Assembly: GCF_036321535.1 (NCBI RefSeq)
Contig: NC_087473.1
Span: forward strand, 14,384,001 to 14,448,000
Direction of reading: 5' to 3'
DNA: 64,000 bases
Origin: Camelus dromedarius
Lineage: Eukaryota
Made by a program: the position numbers and the translations under genes
Shown: one piece after another, positions 7,922 to 16,968 of the stretch
Numbering within the stretch: position 1 is the stretch's first letter
How the letters are laid out: each line of letters starts with the position of its first letter
Notes under the pieces: model-generated
Databases searched by the model: none
Told to the model about the DNA's origin: nothing
Seen by the model: only the letters and a program-made list of their open reading frames with translations

Positions 7922-10503
7922 TGGGGGCGGCAAAGGGCAGGGTGGGGAGGGGAAGCAGGAGGAGAAGGAAGAGGAGGACCGGGAGCGGCGGAACCAGGGG
8001 CAGGAGGAAGGGAGGAAGGCGGGCGCCAAGGCCAAGGGAAGAGGGCTGAGAGTGGAGGCATGGAGGCCTGCAAGGGCACAGCATGAGGGCGCTGAGGGCC
8101 AAAGGCCAAACGTGCAGGCGTGGGAGCGCCAACTTTGGGTGGATCCTTCTGGCCTGGGGCCTGCAGGGGAAGCCTTCCTGGGGTCAAGGAGCGCATGGCA
8201 ACAGTGAACAGCGCGTGCAGAGCCCCCAGCACCCTCCCCACAGAGCAGAGAGTGGAAGCGTGCAGTCTCCCGGGGAAATCCCAGGAGACCGGTGGGCGTG
8301 CCAGGACCCATCCCAGTCAGCCAGAGGCTGTGGACTTGTTGCCGCCACGTCCCTGCCGAAGCAGCAGGTCGTCCGCGGCCAGGTGTGAGCTGCAAGAGGC
8401 CCCCGTCCCGGGCAAGACTACGGGACCCCAGACGCCCTCGGGTGGGCTCCCAGCCTGGCCTCCACCGGCCCTTCTCGTGCAGGCAGAAGCACGTGCCCTC
8501 CCCGTTGCACCCTGTGAGTCCCCCGGAGCTGCAGCCCTAGCCACGCAGACAGACTCCTCTCACCCCGGAGGGCGGCTTGAAGGCCCGGGGCTTCCTGTCA
8601 GCACCCGTGGCCCGCCCCCTACTCAGAGGACGCGTGGGTCCACGGGGGCAGGGCACATCCCGACTCCGCGAGCGGTGACGAGCCTGCAGCCAGCACACAC
8701 AGGCCAGCCACAGGTCGGGGACGGTCGGGGAACAGGCCCTCCCCGAGGGGGTGTCGACGGCCCAAGATGCACGGGAAGGCCGGAACCCCGCCGCCACGCG
8801 CCTGTGAGACGGCAGGGCAGGGCCCGAGGAGGTCGGCGGGGCGGGGCGAGGGGGGGGTGGGCAGCAGTGCGCGCCCGGAGTCCTGGCAGATCGCCCGTCC
8901 GGTCTCTTCCTCTGGCCCCAGCCTGGCTGTGTTGGCTGTGGCTCTTCCAGCCGTAGCACGTGAAGGCTCCTTGACCTACTGAAGATTGTGAGTCACCCCC
9001 AGCTGTCGGCCTTGATCAGTGACCAAGACGAAGACGTGCTGAGCTACATGATCACCTTGGAGGTCAGGCCGGGCAGACGGAGGCCACGGTGGTGGGGTGG
9101 GGGGATGCGGGGAGGAGGGGGCCGGGTGTCCCCGAGGGCCGGGTGCGAGCAGCGGGAGAGCGGAAGGGGAAGTGGTTCATCCCTGCCGGGCAGGCCAGCT
9201 CAGGTGGCCGGGAAGAGCCGTCACTCTTCTCCTGCTGTTGGGCGTGGCAGGCGCAGGAACTGGGCCGCCCCGAGTACCGCTGCAGGTTGATGTTCTTCTT
9301 CCGGAGCAACCCCTACTTCTGCAACCAAGTGATCCTTAAGGAGTATCACCTTAGCTTCGCAGGTAGGCGGGCTGTCCCGGGATGGGGGAAGGCGGCGGGG
9401 CGGGGCGGTGTGTGCCCGGGAGGCCTTGGATGCTGGGCCAGCGGGATCCCTCCCCTCAGCGTATGCCCCGCTCTTCCTCTAGGCTACAGGGCGTATAGTT
9501 CCACTCCAGTGCAGTGGTTCTGGGATTACGAACGGGGAGCCCCCAGCCGCAGGCAGGACGCCGTCAGCCTTAACTTCCTCAACTGGTTGTCAGGCCACGA
9601 CTGCCCCGGGTCTGACAGGATTGCTGAGGTGGGGGTCCCCCGGGGCCTGGTCGGAAATGGCGACGTCGGCGGTGGCCAGCAGCTCGGGGAAGGGGCGTGG
9701 GCCCTGTCCCGACCTGCCCGTTCCCTCCGCCAGATCATCGTCGAGGACCTGTGGCCCAACCCCCTGCGCTACTACCCGAGGGAGCAAGGCGCCGGGAGAG
9801 GTAACTGGGAGGGGGGCACGTCCCTGAGGAGCCCCGGGGCAGGGGGTGTTGGCGAAGGGTGTTTCCAGGACCCTTTCCCAATCGGGGTGAGGCAGGCTGA
9901 GACAAGCCTGGGAGCGGGGCGACCCCAGGCCGCCCAGGGAGCGGGCGCGAGGGTGAGCCAGGGGCCCGGAGGACCCAGGCGCACGCGCAGAGCACCGAAG
10001 CTTTCGGCTTTCGCGGAACGTCCCAGGGGTGTCCGCGAAAGGAGCGGGCCTCCTCAGGCACCCTCGTGTGCGTCGGCACACCCTGGCTTCGGCCCTCCCT
10101 GGGGCCTGGTCCGACTGCCTCCGCGCTTGGGATCAGCTGGGCCCCTGCGTCCGCCCCCGGCCGCCTGGCCAAGGCCTCCAGACGCTGAGGAGGTGGGCTC
10201 CCTGAATGTCCAGGCGCATCCCTCAGCGACCCGGCTCCACCCGGACGGTCCTGGAAAGGGCCGCAGGCTGTCTGGAGGCCACTGGGGAGGCGCCCGGGGA
10301 GAAAGGGCGGGGCGTGCCGCCTGTTGCGCGCCATCTCTCCGGTTGTCTGTTGGACACAGGCCGCTTCAGCTGCGCCTTGGGTTGTTCCCGTGCGTGTCCG
10401 TGTCGGTCTGTGCCCGCGTGCCCACGAGCAGGCTTCCTCATGCGTCGGTGGTCCTGCAGAGCCAGCGGTGAAGGCGACGGAGCAGGAGAGTTCGGCCGAG
10501 TAG
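7152..10503 (+). CDS. TSPY: TSPY copy 2. Exons 7152-7769, 8985-9062, 9251-9362, 9483-9628, 9734-9800; probable last exon 10460-10503. Exon 1 contains a 144-N gap
   Basis: ATG in strong Kozak context (gccATGG). Exon 1 ends ...[16 protein letters not shown] and exon 2 reads [26 protein letters not shown]. Internal exon sizes 78/112/146 nt match the TSPY exon structure as I recall it. The spliced frame is open. Confidence 0.88.
7256..7294 (+). repeat. Coding (GCG)n microsatellite (poly-Ala, 11-13 codons) in exon 1 of copies 2-8
   Basis: GCG run after GCT GAG. 13 codons in copies 2, 3, 4 and 6; 11 codons in copies 5, 7 and 8. Confidence 0.9.
7371..7514. other. Assembly gap (144 N) over the GAG/GTG repeat of copy 2 exon 1
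   Basis: Run of N flanked by ...GCTGTGGTG and GAGGAGGTGGTGCAG. The homologous interval is 96-123 nt in the resolved copies. Confidence 0.99.
7770..8984 (+). other. TSPY intron 1, U12-type (minor spliceosome) GT-AG intron. Also at 16817-18034, 25881-27098, 34924-36140, 43942-45158, 52978-54194, 62024-63238
   Basis: 5' splice site GTATCCTTG (U12 consensus RTATCCTT). Branch site TCCTTGAC at 8968-8975 (consensus TCCTTRAC), with its A 10 nt before the 3' end. No polypyrimidine tract between branch site and AG. Confidence 0.88.
7892..7921 (+). repeat. (GGGGTC)5 hexanucleotide repeat in intron 1, potential G-quadruplex, present in copies 2-8
   Basis: Five exact GGGGTC units followed by TGGGGG, giving six G-tracts with 2-3 nt loops. 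Confidence 0.85.
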
Positions 10504-13500
10504 AACGAGAGCCCGGAGGCGTGTGCAGACGCGCGTGAGACCGGCGGCCGGGGTCTGGGGCGCCGGAGAGGAGCGAGGAAAGCATCGCCAGTGGAGGTTG
10601 CAGAGGGTGGGCAGCACGTACCCGGAATGAGGCCGAGAGAGACGTCAACAGGCTAACGAGTGCTCCTGTCTTGCTCGCGTGCTGTGTGATTGTCCGGGGG
10701 TCGCCGAGTGGTGATGTTCCGGCCCAGTCCGGTGGGGCTTTTGAAGCGGCTGCCCGTGTGTGGCAGAGAGGCGGGCCTGTGGGAGTGGAGGACGTGGGAA
10801 GGGCAGGCCTCGGCTGCTGCTCCGGGGATGCCAGGTTGCCTCCGAACAGGGCAGGGTCTGGGAGCAGGAGGCAACGAAAGAGACAAGCTGGCGTGCTGGG
10901 GACCTGTTGCGCAGGCCGGGGAAGGAGACGGGGACCGGTGCTGGCGGGCAGGGGCCTCGGGGCCCGCTGTGGCTTGGGTTCAGCGTTCACCCTGCTCGCG
11001 GAGCCTCACGCAGCCCCCTCCGTCTGGGGTGTGCGCCACACGTCGGCCCCACGCCAGACGGGCGACTTCTTAAGCCCAGGGCCCCCGTCCGCCCCCAGGC
11101 GCCCCAGGAGGCAGGCTGTGAGTGTGGAATCCTTCCGGGCACGACCCCGCTCAGCCCTGGCTGGGTGGGGCTGTGCAGGACTCCAAGCAAGTGTGAGGGA
11201 AGGCGTGTGTGAGCTGTGGCTGTGGCCCCGTGCCGGCGCGTGAGGTTGTGCGGGTGAGGGAGCAGGGGAGCAGGCGGGCAAGGGTGCCGGGCTGTTTGCG
11301 GGCAGGGGCTGGGCGAGAGCGGGAAAGCCCGGCGCCTCCGGGGGCTGGGGCAGCAGCGAGAGATTGCTGGCTTTCAGGCTCCGGGGTCTTGGGGAGGGGA
11401 GGAACTGGCAGACAGGAGCCCCTTCCCCCTGCTGGAAAGGCCTCCCGGGGCGTGAGCGCCTTCCTTTCCCTGGGGTCTCCTCGTGGGGCGCAACAGTCCG
11501 AGGGGCGAAGGTCAGGGGGCGGGGCCGCAGGGCCCGCGCCGCCCCAGACCGGCAGTGTGCCGCCTCCCCTCTCTCCCACGCCGGCGGTGCGCCGCGGCGG
11601 GCTATGCCGCTCTTCAGGCTGTGTGACACGTAGGCCGAAAGCTTCTACCCGAGTCTGCGCTGGCTAGCTAAGGGGCCCGAACATTCAGAGTAACTCACGC
11701 TTCTCCTCGGGACACAGTCCCTGCGGCTCTGTCCTGGTCAGGGAACTGCCACCCACACGTCCCTCCAACACACAGCCCCGAGCTGCCTGGGCTCCAGGCC
11801 ACCGGAAGGGGACAGTCCTGGGGCACACAGATCTCGGGCAAGGGGCCTCTGGGAGGGATGGCGGCAGGCGGTGGGGGTCTGTTGGGGGGGTGGCGGGGGG
11901 CGAGTGGGCAGGGCTGGGGTGGGGTGCGGGACGGGATGGGGAGGGCAGTCGGTGGCCAGCACCCGGCGGGGCCCTTCCCGAGGGGACAGCCGCTTTCCGG
12001 AGACACCTGAGGTCCCCGCACAAAGCTAGGCACCGTCTCCGCGGCAGCCCGGCCCGGGAGAGAGCGGCGCGTGCCCCCTCTCTCCCTCCCGGTCCCCTGC
12101 AGTCTGGCCGCGTGGTGAGCACCTCTGTCCCCGACGACACCCCACAGCGCCCCTGCTTTGCCGCACTTTGGGGGTGTGCTTGACCGACTGCCCCAGCAGA
12201 ACGTTTCACGGTCGTGGAGGGTTGCGGTGGGAGGTTCATGGATCCCAGCCCTCCCTGGCCTCCCAGCGGCACCGGCCACCCGCTGCCAGCTGCGGCCTGT
12301 CGGGTTTGGGGACCCGAAGGCCGGAGAGCCTCCGTGTACAGTCGTAGGGTGGCAGAGGTCGCCTCTTGTCCCGCTCGGGCTGCTGCTGTCCCCGCCCCTC
12401 CCCCAGGTCAGTGCCTAGGTTCCCCTGCTCGGGAGGCACGAGGGCAGCTGCGTTGCAGGGACCCTGCGGCTGGGGCCCAGCGGGTGGGCTGAGGCGGCCG
12501 CGGTGGGCGCCCCGCAGGGCCGCGGCCCCTCAGGCCTCTAGGCCTGGCCAGGGCTCTTGGGAAGGACCTGCCAAAGGGGAAAGACTCGAGGAACGACTGG
12601 GCGGTGTTCTCACAAGGCTCGCTCCACCTTTGCCGCCCCAAGCGCCCGTAGGCGCCACGGCTGGGGTCGGGTCCGGCCTGCCCTGCAGTGGAGGCGGGGA
12701 ACGTGTCGAGCCTGCGACGGGTAGGGGAGGAAGGCTTACAGGCGGCCGGCCCCCGTAGGCTCGGGTGCCGTGGCCGGGCCTCGCGGTCCCACCCGGAGGA
12801 CGCGACGCGGCTTAAGTGGGGTTCTGCCTGGGGCTCGGACAAAGCTCAGACGGACGTGGGACCCGGCCAAGCCTGCTGGGGCGTTTCACCCGGGCAGCCC
12901 CAGGCGCGACGACTTGTCCGGCGCGGGTCTCCCTCATCGATGGAAGTGCGCACGGGCAGGCTCCGACTGTCGCAGGACGGGTGGCGCGTACGGACGTCGG
13001 CCAGGGGCTTGCCGGTGTCCTCCGTGGAAGGGCAGTTTCTGGGTGGGCCTTGCCCGTCTTGCTCCCCCCCTTGCCGCGGGTGCGTCTGTGTCTGTTCGTC
13101 TGACTCTGGCCGGGAGCCCCCCTGTCAGATGCCCCGGCTCCCTGCCCTCCCTCACGCCTCACATGCACGCACGTCCGTGTGCGGCTGGCGCCTTGCACGT
13201 GTCTGGCCTGTGATGCTGCGGCGCGTCCTCCGCTCTTGTCACAGGCGACCCGCGGGAGGTTCTGGGCCAGGGGGCGCCGACGGGTCACCGCCCGTCTTAA
13301 GTCGGCCCCTTGGACGTGGCCTGGCCCACCCGTGACCTGGAGCGTGTGGCCTGAGGGACGTGTAGGCCACGAGGGAGACCTGAGCCGTGGGCGTGGCCCG
13401 CGAAGAAGGATCCAGAGAGGCCGAACGGTAGCCCTGTCATTTAGGAAGCCCCTGAGGCCCCTGAGTGGTAGCCAGGGCTCCGGGCACACGAAACGGCATG

Positions 13501-15856
13501 CTGCCTTCTGCCCGAGGGAGGCGTGAACTGTGGTCCCCGGGGCCTGCAAGGTTCCCCAGGTGGCTCTGCGCGTGAGCGGGCGCGCGGGCGCGCCTACCCG
13601 GGTGTGTCGCGGCAGGCTCTGCGGCAGACGGCAGGACGGGAAGGGTGGCCACCTGACCTTTCCCTCGTCGGCTTCACTGGCTTCTTCCTTCAGACAGGCG
13701 GTGATCCCCACGTTCTTAAGGACCTCGTGTGGGACGCGTCGGCAAGAAAGCTTACACCTGGCCTTCTCGTGCTACAGCAGGACGGCTCTTGCAAAGGGCC
13801 CTGGCTGCCAGGGGCCTCCGAAGGCCGTGTGAGAGGCAACAGGAAGGCAGTTCAGGGCAGACACGTGCTCGTGCAGAGCCGTGGAGGGCACGAGCATCTC
13901 GCTGGGAAGCTCGCTGGGGGCACTGGGGCGCCCGGGCCATCGGCAGGAAGGGACGGGTGAGCTCCAAGACGGCTAGGCCCCAGTCAGCTCGAGATTCCTC
14001 TCCGCTTTGTCGGAGAGGACCAAGGGAAATGGCGTCGTGCCTGTGTGCTTCCCGCCGTCAGGCAGTCGAAGGCAGACGGGAGAGAAGCCAACCCAGGCGG
14101 GCGGAAGGCAGCGGTATCAGAAGCGAGAACAAGGACTCTCACGACGGGCTGCGGGAGCGGGGCGAGAGGGGCGCAGGTAAAAATCCTTTCCCCTGGAAAC
14201 ACAGACGGCGGGCAGCGTGTAGTCGTATAGGTCTGCACGCGTGCAGGCGTGCCTCCGCTCGTGCGTGCGCGTCTGGTGAGGAGGCCTGAGAGTGGGGCTC
14301 GAAGGCAGGCGTGCGTGCACGGACCCTGAAAACGTGACAGGCTTTCGAAACGGACGTCAACTCTGGGCCAGCTGGAATCACCGGGCTGCCAGAAGAGGCA
14401 GTGGGGAAGTCCCGTGCTTTCTGGAGAGACAGGGAAGGTGCGAAGGACGCAGGAAATAGGATAGGGCAGATTGCTTGCCGCGTGCGGAAGACCAGGGCCC
14501 CCCGCCCCCGCCCTCAGAGCGACAACCGCCTTGGAACCTCGAGCTCCTTGTCGGCCGCTCACGCGTCCTGTCCTCCCTCGGAGCAGGCCGGCAGGAAACA
14601 CCTTGCCTTGCTTGTTTGGTAAGGTTCGGGAGGCCGACCAGCAGCGCTGCCTTAGCGACTGGCACACACTGGCTTTGTCGGCGAGAAAGGCTGCAGTGAA
14701 GGCGAAGGCTGGGACGGGTGCTCACCTGGAGGCTGGGCGAGAGCGGAACCACCTCCAAGGGCGTTCACACTGCGGGCAGAAGTCACTTCCTTCCGTCTGC
14801 GGCGCTGAAGGCGTGCCGTGCGGTGGCCGCCGACGCGGGTGGCGTCCTGAACACCTTACTGTCTGGGCTGCCAAACACCACCGTTCGGGGGGAGGTGGGG
14901 GGTCCAGCGTGCCGGCAAACCGCGTCGTCCCTCTCCCTGTCTCTGTCTGCACAGGCTGGCCAGGGCTTCGTCTTGCGCGGTGTCGGGCGATCCCGGCGGC
15001 GACGGATGCCGGTCACCTTTGCTGGCTGGGAGAAAGGCACGGCCTGGCCGCTCTAGCACAGGAAGGGCGTCGTGCAATGGTGTGGACGCGCCCACGTCCA
15101 GACTGTGGGGTTCCGCTGGCCCGGGCGGAGAGGTCTTCTGTTTCCGGGCAGCGTGGCTTTCCGCAAGACTTTATGTGTCTGTGGGAGCTAACAGAGATCC
15201 CGGGAACGGGAGGGGAGGGGGCGAGGGAGGGAGGGAGGGAGCGGAAGGGGAGACACTCACACGCACACGCACACACACGCGCACACGCAGAGACACACAG
15301 ACAGAGACACGGAGAGTCACAGCAAGGGGGAGACAGGGAGAGAGAGCGAGACAAAGAGAGAGCACTCTGCTGCATGGCTTTTCTCGTCCTGAGCCCAGCA
15401 GTTCACCGCTGACAGACACTGGCTGGAAGCAGAGTACCCAGGCTGTCTTTCCCTCTGGAGCTCAGCAGAGTTCCCAGGGGGTGAAGTGGCTGCGTGAAAC
15501 CGGAGCGACAGGTGGTCGGGGCTGGGGAGGGTGGAGGGCACGTGGTGGGAGGTGACAGAACCCGAAGAGGTGTCATCGGGCCGCCGGGCAGTGCCAGAGA
15601 GATGCAAGGCCGGAGGCCTCCCTGGAGGCAGCGCGCGGCCCAGCTGCCCCCTGGAGGCTGGGCAGGGAGCTGGGCTGAACGCTGGGGCTGCGGAGGCCAG
15701 GCGGCGGGCCGGGTTCCCGGCCGGGGGGGCGGGGCCTTGCAGGGTGACGCCCACTGGCCGCTCCCCGACTGGTCGGGAGGTGGGGCGAGAGGCCTGGGCC
15801 CGACTTGACTCGGGCCTCCTTCCCGCCAAGCTCCAAATTCCCACGGGCCTGCGGGA

Positions 15857-15920
15857 GGCGGGGCGGGGGCGGGGGCGGAGGCGGGGGCGGTGGGCGGGCA
15901 CGAGGCCATGCGCATGCGCC
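15857..15920 (+). promoter_or_regulatory. Putative promoter, copy 3: GC-box array plus NRF1-type motif
   Basis: Five RGGCGG units; TGCGCATGCGCC at 15909-15920. Confidence 0.6.
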
Positions 15921-16240
15921 CCAGCTGCCTGGGGGCCGCGCAGCAGGCCGCCGGGGCCGAGTGACAGCGACCCCGACCCCTGGAATACCCAAGCGCCGGC
16001 GCCAGCGCCGACGCGCGGGGGACCTCGGCCGCTCGGCCGGCTCCTCCGGCCACGTGCTGCGCCTCCGCCTCCCGCTCCTTGCTCCTGGGCCTTGGCAGCT
16101 GCGGCTCGCAGCTCAGGGCCAGGGCCACACGGCCAGTGAGGCGGGGGCCCGGGGAAGGCGGGCCTCCCCAGGAATCCTGGGTGGCCTTAGCTGTGGGAGG
16201 GGGTCTTCAGGAGGCAGGGGCCCGCGGGCGTCCCGCTGCC

Positions 16241-16937
16241 ATGGCAGGGCTGCGGACAGAGCAGGCACTAGCGGGTGGCAGGTGCGAGGAGGCCAGCAGC
16301 CTCAGGGTGGAGGCCGTGCGGCAGGGAGCGTCGGCGGCGGCTGAGGCGGCGGCGGCGGCGGCGGCGGCGGCAGTGGCAGCTGCATCGTCGGAGGCGGAGG
16401 TTGTGGGCATGGGGGAGGCCTTGGTGCTGCTGGCGGACGACATCATGGAGGCTGTGGTGGAGGTGGTGGCGGAGGAGCAGGAGGAGCAGGAGTCGCAGGA
16501 GGAGGAGGAGGAGGAGGAGGAGGAGGAGGAGGAGGTGGAGGAGGTGGTGGAGGAGGTGGTGGAGGAGGTGGTGCAGGCCAAGGAGCGGGAAGAGAAGCCC
16601 CGGAAGCAGGGGCGCGCAGAGCCAGGGCGCGGACCCCCGACCTCCCTGAGCCCGCTGGAGGCCCTGGGGGCCCTTCAGTTAGAGCTGAGCGCTGTGAACG
16701 CCCAAGCCAACAGGGCCTACTTGCGGCTCAAGCGCAGGGTCCGTCGGAGGCGGGAGCCTCGTTTGGATCGAAGAAGAGCCATCATCCAGGACATCCCCGG
16801 CTTCTGGGCCAAAGCTGTATCCTTGCTGCTGCTCCTTGGGGTTGGCTGCTGCCGGAGGGCAGGAGGGGGAACAGGGCGAGAAGGAGGTTGGGCCAGGGGG
16901 AGGGGGAGGAGGAGGGCAGGCGGCAACGGGCTGGGCC

Positions 16938-16968
<31 letters not shown>

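Noticed and set aside
7152-10503. Identity as TSPYL retrogene, TSPYL2/TSPX or SET
   Set aside because: Autosomal TSPYL retrogenes are intronless. TSPX and SET have a C-terminal acidic domain and are not tandemly amplified. No such tail exon is evident here.
16016-16021. Single-G indels in homopolymers (here, ~6795, ~17890, ~26960) as functional frameshifts
   Set aside because: All lie outside the spliced CDS and only change chance ORFs. They are also typical long-read consensus errors.
16207-16649. Antisense poly-Ser ORF and shifted-frame poly-Arg ORF
   Set aside because: These are alternative-frame shadows of the GAG/GCG repeats in TSPY exon 1.
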